64,000 bases of DNA from Bdellovibrionales bacterium (GCA_041690295.1 JAWLHR010000005.1:32001-96000), one strand, 5' to 3'. Counted from the stretch's first letter, positions 34,348-44,650 are shown. The notes: generated from the letters alone by a model not told the origin. Numbers and translations are program-made.

Positions 34348-37260
34348 GTGAAGATATTTGCTTCAACTCGATCATTGTTAATCGGTACGTGGCTCATAAT
34401 GGGACTGGCGCTCGCCGCCCATTTCAATTCCTGCGGAAAAGTCGAATTCGCACAAGATATTCCCAGCCGCATGAACGTGGCGCAGGGAGCCGCGATCATC
34501 CTTATTAATGGGGATGCTCCGTACACTAACTCTGATCTCGTGCAGTTAAATTTAGATTCGGAAAGAGCGGAAGAGGTTTATGTCACCAACGACAGCACAT
34601 GTGCGAGCGGCGGTGATTGGGAGCCATTGATTCCCACCAAGAATTGGACTCTCCCGCTTAAGAACCAAAAGGCGGCCGTTTACGCTAAATTCCGTAGCAT
34701 CAATGAAGGCTTTGTGACGCCCTGTCTTTCGGACGACATCCTTCATGACGACATTCCTCCGGAAGTCGTGCTTCAGCAGCCCACGATGGTGACCAATATT
34801 GAGACGCCGATCGTCATGTTCATGGCCGGCGATTCCGGATCCGGATTGGATCGCATGGTTTGCGAATGGCCCGGCAAAGCGCCCGAAGCCTGCTCTTTCG
34901 CCACTTCCAACGGCAATGTTCCCGAAGATCGTTATCTGATTAAGATTCACGCCATGGACCGGGCCGGCAACGTGTCCGTTCCGGTCGTTCAGGATTTGCT
35001 GGTGGATCGTACCCCGCCGACAATCCAATTCCTGAGCACGCCGCCCACGCTGGGCGCTGACACTTCGGTCAGCCATGCGTTCAACGTGACCGACGACAGG
35101 GCGGGAGTGAAATCGGTTGAATGCGCCTACAACGATAAATCCAAGTACGCCGCCTGTGCTTCGCCCCAATCGGCGCAATTGATGGATGGTCAGAACAGAT
35201 TTTATGTGCGTGCCTACGACTTCGCCGGCAATATGCGGGAGGCGGAGCACGTTTTCACGATCGATTCCAGCGCGCCGACGGTCAAGATCACCAAATCGCC
35301 GCCGGATTTTTCCAAAGATCATAACGGAACTTTCGAGTTCGAAGGCCAGGATGACGGCCAACCGATCAACCAGTTCGAGTGCCGGCTTGACGGTGGCAAT
35401 TACGCCAGCTGCTCGACGCCGAAAACCTACACCAATCTGGCCGACGGCTTACATACCTTTGAAGTCGTTGGTGTGGACGCCATCGGCAACAGATCGGCTC
35501 CGGCGACCCGCAGCTGGTATGTGGATACGGTGGCCCCGGTCGTCACGTTCGTGTTGACGCCGCCTTCTCTTGGAAAAGAATCCAACGTGGCCTTTAAATA
35601 TGACATCACCGATGTCGGTAGCGGTGTCGATAAGTCCGAGTGTTCGCTCGATGGCGGCGCTTACGCCGCTTGCTCCATGACCATGATCAATTACAACGAT
35701 CTGGCCGATGGCTCGCACACCTTCCGCGTACGCGCCACGGACAAAGCCGGCAATCAGGGTTTAAGCGATCTCATCACCTTCGTGATCGACAAAAATCCGC
35801 CCACGATCAATTTCACCCGTGTGCCGGAAGCTTACACCAATTCGCCGAATTTCGATTTCGGCTTCCGTGCGGAAGACGCGAACGGCATCGACCGCGTGGA
35901 GTGCAAACTGGATAGTGGCGCCTTCGTGGCTTGTGATTCCGTCATGAACCACGTCGTGCAAAACCTCGCGGAAGGCGCCCATCGCTTTACCATCCGCGCG
36001 ACGGACAAGGCCGGTAACAAGTCGGCGGAAGTTCGCCACGAATGGACGGTGGACCTGACTCTGCCTCAGATCGCTTATTACCAATTGCCGCCGGAAAGCG
36101 CGCTTGAAGGCACGGTGATCTCTTTGGGCTTCACCGCCAGTGACGCTTTGTCGGGTGTGAAAACGGTCGTTTGTAAATTGGATGGCGCCGTGACTTCATG
36201 TCAGTCGGGCGAAATCAAAACTCTGGCCGACTTAGCGGTTGGTTCACACAATTTCGAGGTCATCGTCACCGATAACGCCGGCAACGTGGCCACCGACACC
36301 CGCACGATCAACATCACTCCGCCGGTCTTGAAGACCCAACTGGTGGACGTGAAAGGAAACTCCAAAGTCGATATTCTCATGATCATCGACAATTCGGGTT
36401 CAATGGCGCAGGAGCACCAGAACATGGCCGCTCGATTCAGCAACTTCCTCGACAAGATCGTGAACCTGGATTGGCAGCTTGGTTTTATCACCACTGACGT
36501 CTCAAGCAATGCGCCCCGTAAAGACGGTCGCTTGCTCCCGCTCGTCGGTCTCAGTGGCGAGTACATCCTGACCTCGGCCTTGCCCATGGGCACCGCGGAA
36601 AGCGTGTTCGCGTCCACGATTCAAATGCCGACGAATGGTTCCGGTAATGAGCGCGGTTTCCGCGCGGCCATTCGCGCGATTGACCGGGCTTTTGACGGCA
36701 GTCAGGAAAGCCAGCCCAACGCTCAACTGTTCCGTCCGGAAGCGGCGTTGGCCATGCTGGTGGTGTCCGACTCTTACGATGATAGCAACACGACGCCGGA
36801 GCAGGTGATCGCCAAGGTCAATCAGCGCTGGGGTGGCAATAAGCCCTTCGTGTTCCACTCGGTTGTGATCCCGCAAAGCCAGTACACCGATCCCAATCGT
36901 TCACAGCCTTATCCCAATGATCCGTGCAAAGATTATCGTGAAAGCGTCAAACACGACGGTCGCGAATATCACCGCCTCTCCCAGTTGACTGGCGGTGTTC
37001 AGGGAACCGCTTGTTCGAACGACTATTCGTCCCAGTTGGCGGATATGGGTAAGATCACGGTTGAACTGGTCAGTTCAGTGACTCTGCTCTGTATGCCGAT
37101 CGACTACAATCGCGACGGAGTTGTGAATCAAGGTGACGTGGAAGTGATCGCCGCCAACGGCGTGCCCATCACCGACTTCACCGTGCAAGGTATGAAGCTG
37201 ACTTTCTCCAACGGCTTGCCGATGGGTGAAAACCAAATCCGCTACTATTGCGCGCAATAG
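34348..37260 (+). CDS. large exported Ig-like repeat + vWA protein (adhesin-like)
   Basis: FNSCG lipobox-like; six D..P...C...C...D.(A/I)GN repeats; C-terminal vWA with MIDAS DNSGS. Confidence 0.85.
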   Translation: MKIFASTRSLLIGTWLIMGLALAAHFNSCGKVEFAQDIPSRMNVAQGAAIILINGDAPYTNSDLVQLNLDSERAEEVYVTNDSTCASGGDWEPLIPTKNWTLPLKNQKAAVYAKFRSINEGFVTPCLSDDILHDDIPPEVVLQQPTMVTNIETPIVMFMAGDSGSGLDRMVCEWPGKAPEACSFATSNGNVPEDRYLIKIHAMDRAGNVSVPVVQDLLVDRTPPTIQFLSTPPTLGADTSVSHAFNVTDDRAGVKSVECAYNDKSKYAACASPQSAQLMDGQNRFYVRAYDFAGNMREAEHVFTIDSSAPTVKITKSPPDFSKDHNGTFEFEGQDDGQPINQFECRLDGGNYASCSTPKTYTNLADGLHTFEVVGVDAIGNRSAPATRSWYVDTVAPVVTFVLTPPSLGKESNVAFKYDITDVGSGVDKSECSLDGGAYAACSMTMINYNDLADGSHTFRVRATDKAGNQGLSDLITFVIDKNPPTINFTRVPEAYTNSPNFDFGFRAEDANGIDRVECKLDSGAFVACDSVMNHVVQNLAEGAHRFTIRATDKAGNKSAEVRHEWTVDLTLPQIAYYQLPPESALEGTVISLGFTASDALSGVKTVVCKLDGAVTSCQSGEIKTLADLAVGSHNFEVIVTDNAGNVATDTRTINITPPVLKTQLVDVKGNSKVDILMIIDNSGSMAQEHQNMAARFSNFLDKIVNLDWQLGFITTDVSSNAPRKDGRLLPLVGLSGEYILTSALPMGTAESVFASTIQMPTNGSGNERGFRAAIRAIDRAFDGSQESQPNAQLFRPEAALAMLVVSDSYDDSNTTPEQVIAKVNQRWGGNKPFVFHSVVIPQSQYTDPNRSQPYPNDPCKDYRESVKHDGREYHRLSQLTGGVQGTACSNDYSSQLADMGKITVELVSSVTLLCMPIDYNRDGVVNQGDVEVIAANGVPITDFTVQGMKLTFSNGLPMGENQIRYYCAQ

Positions 37261-37283
37261 GTCAGCCGTTCCAAATCAGGATG

Positions 37284-37308
37284 TAGCGCGGCGAAGTTCG
37301 CCGCGCTA
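37284..37308. terminator. GC-rich hairpin between convergent genes
   Basis: TAGCGCGGCGAA-G-TTCGCCGCGCTA perfect inverted repeat including the icd stop; no U-tract. Confidence 0.55.
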
Positions 37309-38529
37309 GGCCCAAGCGGCTTTGAGATTGCGATCGATCAGATCCAGGAAGTCTTCGGTATTGAGATATTGATCTTCGCGGACATTATCGCCGAAGGCCA
37401 GCAGCGCCAGATCCTTGGTCATTTTGCCGCTTTCGACGGTTTCAATGCAGACCTTCTCTAGGGTTTCCGCGAAGCGGATCAGCTCGGGCGTGTTGTCGAG
37501 TTTGCCGCGGAAAGCGAGCCCGCGAGTCCAGGCGAAAATCGAAGCGATCGGATTGGTGGAGGTCTTTTTGCCCTGCTGATGCAGGCGATAGTGGCGGGTC
37601 ACGGTTCCGTGAGCCGCTTCGGATTCCATGACCTTACCATCGGGAGTCAGCAGAACCGAGGTCATCAATCCCAGCGAGCCGAAGCCCTGGGCGACGGTGT
37701 CGCTTTGCACGTCGCCGTCGTAGTTCTTGCACGCCCAAACAAAGCCGCCACGCCACTTCAAGGCGGAGGCCACCATGTCATCGATCAGGCGATGTTCATA
37801 GGTGATGTCCGCTTTTTCGAACGCGGATTTGAATTCTTTCTCGTAAACTTCCTGGAAGATGTCTTTGAAGCGGCCGTCGTATTTTTTAAGAATGGTGTTC
37901 TTGGTCGATAAGTAAAGCGGCCATTTTTTCATCAAAGCCACATTGAAACAACTGCGGGCGAATCCGTAAATGGATTCGTCGGTGTTGTACATGGCCAGCG
38001 CCACGCCATCACCTTTGAAATTATAAACTTCGTGAGTTTGTGGCTCGCCGTTTTCAGGAGTGAAGGTGATGGTGAGCTTGCCTTTGCCTTTGGTGAGGAA
38101 ATCGGTGGCGCGATATTGATCACCGAAGGCGTGTCGGCCGATGCAAATCGGCTGATCCCAATTTTTCACCAGGCGCGGAATATTTTTGCAGATAATGGGT
38201 TCGCGGAAAACCGTTCCATCCAAAATGTTACGGATCGTGCCGTTCGGCGATTTCCACATTTGTTTCAAGCCGAACTCTTTCACCCGCGCTTCGTCAGGCG
38301 TGATGGTCGCGCATTTCACGCCGACACCGTACTTTTTGATCGCCTCCGCCGCCTCAACGGTCACTTGGTCATTGGTTTTATCGCGGTTTTGAATACCCAA
38401 ATCGTAGTACTTTAGGTCGATTTCCAGATAAGGAAGAATTAATTTCTTTTTAATAAAATCCCAGATGATGCGGGTCATTTCATCGCCGTCAAGTTCGACG
38501 ACCGGGTTTTTAACCACGATCTTTGACAT
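37306..38529 (-). CDS. icd: NADP-dependent isocitrate dehydrogenase (dimeric, eukaryote-like subfamily)
   Basis: [50 protein letters not shown]. Confidence 0.98.
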   Translation of the reverse strand: MSKIVVKNPVVELDGDEMTRIIWDFIKKKLILPYLEIDLKYYDLGIQNRDKTNDQVTVEAAEAIKKYGVGVKCATITPDEARVKEFGLKQMWKSPNGTIRNILDGTVFREPIICKNIPRLVKNWDQPICIGRHAFGDQYRATDFLTKGKGKLTITFTPENGEPQTHEVYNFKGDGVALAMYNTDESIYGFARSCFNVALMKKWPLYLSTKNTILKKYDGRFKDIFQEVYEKEFKSAFEKADITYEHRLIDDMVASALKWRGGFVWACKNYDGDVQSDTVAQGFGSLGLMTSVLLTPDGKVMESEAAHGTVTRHYRLHQQGKKTSTNPIASIFAWTRGLAFRGKLDNTPELIRFAETLEKVCIETVESGKMTKDLALLAFGDNVREDQYLNTEDFLDLIDRNLKAAWA

Positions 38530-38657
38530 GAAATCCTCCGTAAGGTTCAAGCGGCGGCGGCCGCTGCAGTCAGAGGCCCTGATTCTGGCAGTTCACGCCC
38601 CAAGGCGTCAACTCTTCATTGACCTGAGTGGCGCTGGTTTGGGAGAACTAACTCAGC

Positions 38658-39518
38658 TTGAACATCATCGAATGCAGGGGACTCACCCGACAATACAAAA
38701 CATACCGGCGTCGAGAGGGCGGTTGGAACGCCATCAAAGGTTTTTTCAATCGGCAAACAGAACTCAAAACGGCGGTGAAACCGACGAACCTGACCATTCA
38801 AGACGGGCAAGTCGTCGGTTTGGTGGGCGCGAACGGAGCCGGTAAAACTACACTTTTGAAAATGTTTTCCGGCCTGATTCATCCGAGCGGCGGTGAAATT
38901 TCGGTGCTGGGCTTTAAGCCCTTTGAGAGAAAAACCGACTTCCTTCGCCAGATATCGATTTTGCTCGGACAAAAAGCGCAACTTTGGTGGGATTTGCCCG
39001 CGGCGGACAGTTTCAATTTACTGACCCGAATTTATGATTTGGATCCCGTGCAAGCTAAAAATCACTGGCTCGATCTGGCGGAGAGGCTGGATTGCCGCGA
39101 CCAGCTTTACGTGCAATTGCGAAGGCTCTCGCTAGGTGAGCGCATGAAGATGGAGATCATCGGCAGCTTGTTGCACCGACCGCGCGTTTTGTTTCTCGAT
39201 GAACCCACCATCGGATTGGATGTGTTGGCGCAAACCACCATCCGGCACTTCTTAACGGAATACGTGCAGGAGCATCGGCCGACGATCATTCTCACCAGTC
39301 ATTACATGGACGACATCTCCCAGTTGGCGGATCGCCTTCTTCTAATCTCCCGCGGGGAGATCGTTTACGACGGTGATGTGGGGCATTTCCTCTCCTATGC
39401 TGAGAAAACTTTGAAATTGGACATCAAGAGCGAGGAAACGGATTTTGAGCAGGTCATTCATAAGTTTTTTGAGAAGGAATCTGGCCGCGGCCAGATTGGC
39501 CATCCTCACACAACTTGA
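38658..39518 (+). CDS. ABC transporter ATP-binding protein
   Basis: GANGAGKTT, LSLGERMK, FLDEPT, TSH. Confidence 0.95.
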   Translation: MNIIECRGLTRQYKTYRRREGGWNAIKGFFNRQTELKTAVKPTNLTIQDGQVVGLVGANGAGKTTLLKMFSGLIHPSGGEISVLGFKPFERKTDFLRQISILLGQKAQLWWDLPAADSFNLLTRIYDLDPVQAKNHWLDLAERLDCRDQLYVQLRRLSLGERMKMEIIGSLLHRPRVLFLDEPTIGLDVLAQTTIRHFLTEYVQEHRPTIILTSHYMDDISQLADRLLLISRGEIVYDGDVGHFLSYAEKTLKLDIKSEETDFEQVIHKFFEKESGRGQIGHPHTT

Positions 39519-40263
39519 GTACCGTCTGAATTTCACGATCGACGCGGTCATTCAACCCATACTCACGGCGACGGTGGAGACGGCGTTGTGGTTGGGAATT
39601 TTTTCGGCGCTCGGGGCGGGGGAACTTGGAGGTTTCGGCCGGGAATCCTATTTGGCCTATGCCTTGTGGGCGAACTTCGTCAGTCGGGTCACGACCAACT
39701 GGATGTACGAGTACAATATGCTCGATGAGATCGACAGCGGACGAGTGAACGCCATCTTAATGCGCCCGATTTCTTTTTATGAATTTTATTTGTCGCAATT
39801 CATGGGGTACAAGTTCCTGGTCGCGGTGATTTCGTTCGTCATACCGTTGACCTTTTGTTTCGTGTTCGGGTTCCCCGTTCAGGTTGAACGCTTTCCCGTC
39901 ATGTTGCTGTTCGTGATGTATTATCTGATTTTCGTTCACACGCTTTCATTCTGCGTGGCCTGCCTCGCGTTTTATCTCAACCGCGCCCATTCCTTCACCG
40001 GGGTTAAGAATTTAGCGATTTGGGTGATGGCGGGCGAAATGATTCCGCTCGATCTCTATCCCGAGCCGCTGAAATCCCTTCTTTTGCATTCTCCTTTCGC
40101 CTCAGGCGTATATGTTCCGGTGGGATTCATGACGGGCCGTGTGGGATTTGATTATCTCGGTCAAAGCGTCATTAGCGTGACCGTGGGCATTTTGGTGATC
40201 GGGCTCATCGGCCGGTTTCTCTGGAAGAGGGGCCTTCGTGTGTACAGCGGGACGGGGGCCTGA
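39445..40263 (+). CDS. ABC-2 family permease
   Basis: LEYRLNF, I.SG.....L.RP, G..IPLDLYP; multi-TM. Start uncertain. Confidence 0.88.
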   Translation: MSRSFISFLRRNLAAARLAILTQLEYRLNFTIDAVIQPILTATVETALWLGIFSALGAGELGGFGRESYLAYALWANFVSRVTTNWMYEYNMLDEIDSGRVNAILMRPISFYEFYLSQFMGYKFLVAVISFVIPLTFCFVFGFPVQVERFPVMLLFVMYYLIFVHTLSFCVACLAFYLNRAHSFTGVKNLAIWVMAGEMIPLDLYPEPLKSLLLHSPFASGVYVPVGFMTGRVGFDYLGQSVISVTVGILVIGLIGRFLWKRGLRVYSGTGA

Positions 40264-40265
40264 TC

Positions 40266-41054
40266 ATGCTTCGTTATATAAAACTCTGGCTGCAGTTTTT
40301 TAAAACAAGTTGGATGGCCGATTCCGAATATCGCTTGAACTTCGTGATTCGGATTTTGGGCGAATTCGCCTGGTATACCGCTCAACTCAGCGTGTTCGAA
40401 GTTCTTTATCTTCATACGCAAGTCCTGAACGGCTGGGGTATTCAAGATGTGCGGGTCTTCATGGGAACTCTGTTTCTTGTCGATTCGCTGTATATGATTC
40501 TTTTTCTGGAAAACCTGGATGCGGTTTCCAGCATGGTCCGTAAGGGTGATCTGGATCTGCTTCTCACCAAGCCAGTCAACTCTCAGTTTATGATTTCCTG
40601 CCGAAAAGTGGCGGCGGTCCATGTGGTGAACCTGGTTTTAGTCACGGGATATTTGGTTTGGGGTATTTCCAATTTGAAGTCGATCCCCCATTGGAATCAG
40701 TTCGTCGCCTATGGGATGATGGTGATTGCGGGATTGGCCATTCTTTATTCTTTCCGACTTTTGTTTTCGATGGCCTCGGTGATCTTGATTGAGGCGACGA
40801 ATGTTCAGTTTGTCTGGTATCAGATTTACAAATTGGCAATGCGTCCCGACGTCATCTATCCCAAAATCCTTCGCCTGTTGATTTTGACCGCTCTTCCGGT
40901 GGGGTTTATCGCCAGTGTACCTTCGCGGATGTTAGTGGAGGGGATCAACTTCAAATTGGCCAGTACCGGTTTGGGAATCGCGGCGCTCATGATTTTATTC
41001 ACTTCTTACCTGTGGCGTCGGGCGCTGGTCCACTACTCATCGGCAAGCAGTTAA
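40266..41054 (+). CDS. ABC-2 family permease
   Basis: EYRLNF, VRKGDLDLLLTKPV, Y.SASS C-terminus. Confidence 0.9.
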   Translation: MLRYIKLWLQFFKTSWMADSEYRLNFVIRILGEFAWYTAQLSVFEVLYLHTQVLNGWGIQDVRVFMGTLFLVDSLYMILFLENLDAVSSMVRKGDLDLLLTKPVNSQFMISCRKVAAVHVVNLVLVTGYLVWGISNLKSIPHWNQFVAYGMMVIAGLAILYSFRLLFSMASVILIEATNVQFVWYQIYKLAMRPDVIYPKILRLLILTALPVGFIASVPSRMLVEGINFKLASTGLGIAALMILFTSYLWRRALVHYSSASS

Positions 41055-41061
41055 GCGATCA

Positions 41062-41077
41062 CGGCATTCTCTTTGCT
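41062..41077 (+). promoter_or_regulatory. sigma54 -24/-12 motif
   Basis: CGGCATTCTCTTTGCT upstream of the usp gene. Confidence 0.6.
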
Positions 41078-41112
41078 TCATTGAACTCCATCACCAATGG
41101 GAAGGATCGAGA

Positions 41113-42072
41113 ATGACGAAAAAGCAGAGCCAAGTGAAAGTCGCGAGAAAAAATGTCTCGAAGCCAAAATCGCCCGGGCCAAAATGGGTCTTGGCGGTGG
41201 ATTTGTTTTCGGACCTGGATTTTTCAAAAGTCGCGCGGTTCGCGACCCAGTTCGCCTCACAAGTGGGAGCCGAGGTGGAAGGCGCCTATGTGCTCGCCCC
41301 TGAAAGCCTGAATTGGACGGGTGAGTTTTCCGGTCCCTGGATCAAGCGCTACAAACCGTTAACGGAAGCCAAAGCCCGCGAGGTTGAACCCAGGATCGGT
41401 GTTCCGATTCAGGTGGTCCCTTGTAAAGAGTCGAGTGTTCGTGCCTCGGTTAAAGCGTTGATCCGACATGCGCGAAAACAAAAGGCCAATTGCATTGTCA
41501 TTTCAACCCATGCCCGCCGCGGTCTTGAGCGCCTAACCCTGGGCAGCTATGCCGAAACTTTAATTTTAATGTCGCCCATTCCCGTGTTGGTGATTAATCC
41601 TTCGCAAGAATTACCCCGTCGGGTGAATCGGATCTTGATTCCCACTGACCTCAGTCGCAAAAGCGAGCGGTTCGTCTTGAGCATGGCGCCTTTGGCCAAA
41701 GCGGCGAATGCCTTTGTGGATGTTCTTTATAAAGTTCCGGACCCGATCGATCCTCTGATTCAACAGGGAGTTTACGCGGTCGGTGGCGGTTGGGTGAGCG
41801 TGCAGTCATATATCGAGATGGAAACCAAAGAGCGACAGGAGCAACAGGAGCGATTGTGCGCTCAACTCCATCGCAAAGGTGTTCGGGCCAACTGCCAGGT
41901 GGAGTCTTCGCCGTTGTCGTTGGTGGAGACCATCAACAACGCCGCGAAAAATAACGGTGCGGATTTGATCGCGGTCCTAACTCAATCCGGACCGGTAGGG
42001 GCGGTGATCCTGGGAAGCGTGGCCCGCGGACTTGTACGTAGTGCCCCGGTTCCAGTTATGATCTGCCGTTAG
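41113..42072 (+). CDS. tandem universal stress protein (two Usp domains)
   Basis: HARRG...LGSYAE..PVLV; ILIPTDLS...LGSVA..LV...PVPV. Confidence 0.9.
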   Translation: MTKKQSQVKVARKNVSKPKSPGPKWVLAVDLFSDLDFSKVARFATQFASQVGAEVEGAYVLAPESLNWTGEFSGPWIKRYKPLTEAKAREVEPRIGVPIQVVPCKESSVRASVKALIRHARKQKANCIVISTHARRGLERLTLGSYAETLILMSPIPVLVINPSQELPRRVNRILIPTDLSRKSERFVLSMAPLAKAANAFVDVLYKVPDPIDPLIQQGVYAVGGGWVSVQSYIEMETKERQEQQERLCAQLHRKGVRANCQVESSPLSLVETINNAAKNNGADLIAVLTQSGPVGAVILGSVARGLVRSAPVPVMICR

Positions 42073-42073
42073 T

Positions 42074-42547
42074 TCAGTTAAAGGCCGCCGTCCAGGTATC
42101 CAGAATGTAAGTGCCCGCGCCGGTCGTAAGTACACCTTGGCCGACCGGTTCGTTGGTATCCAGTTGACCGTTCCCGTTACTGTCGACGAAGGCGCAAACA
42201 TGATAGGAGCCGGGGTTCAATACGCTTTGCGAACCGCCGGAACTGTTCTTCCATTGGGAAATCAAAGCCATCAGGTAAATTCCTGAGCGGGTGCTGGTGG
42301 CCCTACCAGTCACCACGAAAAGTTGCTGGCGCTGGCTTTCACTCAATCCATTTAAAGTGTCATCGCAATCCAAAGCGAGGGATTCAATGAGCCCCACGTA
42401 AACCGTCTTGGCGTTTTGATTGCAATCCGTCACCGCCACACCGGAGCATTCGACTTGCACGGAAGGGATGTAGTTGCCTGAGCCCTCACCATTACCGCCA
42501 CAGCTAGAGAGAATGAGAATGAAGGGCATCAGCACGAATCGCCGCAT
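42074..42547 (-). CDS. hypothetical lipoprotein
   Basis: LILSSC lipobox; DSNGNGQLD Ca-binding-like loop. Confidence 0.75.
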   Translation of the reverse strand: MRRFVLMPFILILSSCGGNGEGSGNYIPSVQVECSGVAVTDCNQNAKTVYVGLIESLALDCDDTLNGLSESQRQQLFVVTGRATSTRSGIYLMALISQWKNSSGGSQSVLNPGSYHVCAFVDSNGNGQLDTNEPVGQGVLTTGAGTYILDTWTAAFN

Positions 42548-42587
42548 GTGCCCAGATTAATAAACTGGGCGGGGATTCTCAACCTTC

Positions 42588-42602
42588 GTTTCGTTTCGAG
42601 AC
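42588..42602. promoter_or_regulatory. 15-bp palindromic intergenic motif, copy 4
   Basis: GTTTCGTTTCGAGAC. Confidence 0.5.
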
Positions 42603-42632
42603 AGGTGGATTTAGAACCCCTGCAGCCGGGAG

Positions 42633-43220
42633 TTACTCACCCTCATAGGATTTGATTTCGTTACGGCCGGTTTTCAGCTGATCATAAAACCTGCCGTTTT
42701 CTCGCTCGATCCTGGCCACTTCCTCGGCGGCCACCTGGCGTTCCGCTCGTAATTGTTTATATCGCGCTTTTAACAGGGCCAATTGCGACGCCAGCTCGGC
42801 CTTTTTGGCCAAGGCCTCCTGTTTGGCTTGGGCCAGTTTCTCCATTTCAGCTTTTTCGTTTCGCTCGATCTGCTCGAGTTCCCGTTTTTGCAGGGTGATC
42901 TGATCGTCCAACGAGGACACCTGGCGGCTCATATCCAGTTCCGCCTTGGCCAGGGCTTTTACGCGGGCCTGCTTTTGCTCCAATGTTTTCTTCAATTCAT
43001 CGAGTTCTTCTTTGGCCACCTTGATCTTGGCTTTTAACGCCGCCACCTGTTTGGCGCGCCGGATGGAATCCCTTTCCAGATTTTCGATTTCCTGCTGGAG
43101 ATGGGATTTCTCCTTCTGAACTTTGTCATATTCGGATTTAGCGGCCGTTAAGTCATCGACCTCTTGGGCCCCCGCGATAGCACAAATGAACAAGCCCACA
43201 AGAGTGAGATGGATCTTCAT
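42633..43220 (-). CDS. secreted coiled-coil protein
   Basis: Signal peptide, then continuous heptad-rich helix. Confidence 0.78.
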   Translation of the reverse strand: MKIHLTLVGLFICAIAGAQEVDDLTAAKSEYDKVQKEKSHLQQEIENLERDSIRRAKQVAALKAKIKVAKEELDELKKTLEQKQARVKALAKAELDMSRQVSSLDDQITLQKRELEQIERNEKAEMEKLAQAKQEALAKKAELASQLALLKARYKQLRAERQVAAEEVARIERENGRFYDQLKTGRNEIKSYEGE

Positions 43221-43284
43221 GGCTGACCCCCTTAATTTTAATTTACTTCAAATCGCGCCGTGTTGAGAGTGGATGATGGCCTTC

Positions 43285-43299
43285 GTCTCAAATTGAGAT
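43285..43299. promoter_or_regulatory. 15-bp palindromic intergenic motif, copy 5
   Basis: GTCTCAAATTGAGAT. Confidence 0.55.
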
Positions 43300-43305
43300 G
43301 GTTTA

Positions 43306-43668
43306 TTAACGGCGTGCGGACTCACGTTGGGAGGAGCCATGGTGTTTTCGGGCCACGCGCAGAACACAAAGGCCCTGCATGAGCACCTTGTTGGTCCACG
43401 AGAAGAAGCCGTGGCTGGTGGAGATCTGGGTGGTGATTCCGGTGATCACGCCATTGGGACATTTATCCATTAATTTGCGATAGGCTTCGTCAATGTAATT
43501 GGTTTGTGTGGCGAAGCCCAGGATCGTGAACTGCTCGGCTTGCGCCTTTACAATTTCACCGCTTTCAATCGTGCGATAAGGCCGGAATTCCGAAACATTC
43601 ACCTGGTGAATGCTATGCGTGCAGGCGGCGAGGAAGATCGTGAGGAAAAGGGCGTAAACCGGTTTCAA
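43306..43668 (-). CDS. small lipoprotein (Bor/TRL-like paralog 3)
   Basis: TTG start overlapping the upstream stop; FLAAC lipobox; ILGF...CPNG.ITGI...G.C. Confidence 0.75.
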   Translation of the reverse strand: MKPVYALFLTIFLAACTHSIHQVNVSEFRPYRTIESGEIVKAQAEQFTILGFATQTNYIDEAYRKLMDKCPNGVITGITTQISTSHGFFSWTNKVLMQGLCVLRVARKHHGSSQRESARR

Positions 43669-43997
43669 ATTCCAGCCCTCGTCACTTGTTGTGTGTTGCA
43701 ATAACCGGTGGCGACCACCCGGCGTGAGTAAACGAAAAAGAGAAAATACAGGATGGTTTCGTCTTTAGTGAGAATCCCTTGGACTTGTCCATTGGGGCAT
43801 TGGGCTTTCAGGTCTTCGGTCATTTCGTTCACGAAATCATTGTCGAAGTTGAATCCCAGGAAAATCAGTTTTGAGCGCTCGGCTCTGATTTCTTTGGTCC
43901 GTTTGGCGGGCACCGACGTCATCGAAACGCTGTTGATGGACGCGCATCCCATCAATCCGCTCGTGGCCAAGCTTAAAATCAATAAGAATCGAATCAT
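43665..43997 (-). CDS. small lipoprotein (Bor/TRL-like paralog 2)
   Basis: LMGC lipobox; FLGF...CPNGQVQGI...GYC. Confidence 0.8.
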   Translation of the reverse strand: MIRFLLILSLATSGLMGCASINSVSMTSVPAKRTKEIRAERSKLIFLGFNFDNDFVNEMTEDLKAQCPNGQVQGILTKDETILYFLFFVYSRRVVATGYCNTQQVTRAGI

Positions 43998-44464
43998 GTT
44001 TCTTCCTCCTCAGGTTGACTTTCAGAGGCGGGTTTTCTTTTGCGCAGGCAATAGCCGCGGATTTTGACGATCTCGCCGCTGATCACCGGATATTTTCGGG
44101 TTTCACGGACCGAGGTGATGCCGGTAATGCCGCCGTTCGGGCACTGCTGATGAAGGGCGTAGATCAAATCCTTGGCGTAGTTTTCAACAAAAACCGGATT
44201 GCCCGTGCTCGGGCCCATCTGAAAAAGCCCGATGATCGCCGCCACGTCACCGATGGCTTTACTTTCTTTGCCTTCTTTGAAAAGCGAGCGTTGAATGGCG
44301 GTGACTTCTTTCATGTCCACGCCGGTTTCGCTGACTTTGATTTCAAACGGCACCAGCGCGAAGCCCTTGCGATTGTCGATTTCACCGATCTGAGTCTTGT
44401 GCAAGACGGCGCAACTGGAGAGAAAAAGCAGGCCGATCAGGCAGCCGATCATTTTTAAGCGCAT
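43994..44464 (-). CDS. lipoprotein (Bor/TRL-like paralog 1)
   Basis: LSSC lipobox; CPNGGITGI...GYC. Confidence 0.8.
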   Translation of the reverse strand: MRLKMIGCLIGLLFLSSCAVLHKTQIGEIDNRKGFALVPFEIKVSETGVDMKEVTAIQRSLFKEGKESKAIGDVAAIIGLFQMGPSTGNPVFVENYAKDLIYALHQQCPNGGITGITSVRETRKYPVISGEIVKIRGYCLRKRKPASESQPEEEET

Positions 44465-44575
44465 TCAATCATGAAAGCTTTGGCCTAAGGCCAAGTCAAT
44501 GGTGACACAAAGTCGCATAGCCGCGAGGTGCCAAGCGATTTAGGAAACTTATATGATTGAAATATCGAGTGGACT

Positions 44576-44650
44576 TGGTGCGAACGACAGGGATTGAACC
44601 TGTGACCCCGCCCGTGTGAAGGGCGTGCTCTACCGCTGAGCTACGTTCGC
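44576..44650 (-). tRNA. tRNA-Val (anticodon CAC)
   Basis: GCGAACGTAGCTCAGCGGTAGAGCA CGCCC TTCACAC GGGCG GGGTCACAGGTTCAATCCCTGT CGTTCGC ACCA: full cloverleaf with encoded CCA. Confidence 0.97.

Noticed and set aside
34552..35361. Long antisense ORFs (also 48608-49198, 49241-49867, 50250-51119, 20546-21106)
   Set aside because: Shadows of well-supported genes on the opposite strand, with no recognisable motifs.
44465..44650. tRNA-Val as integration site of a genomic island
   Set aside because: No integrase and no duplicated tRNA 3' end found in the window.
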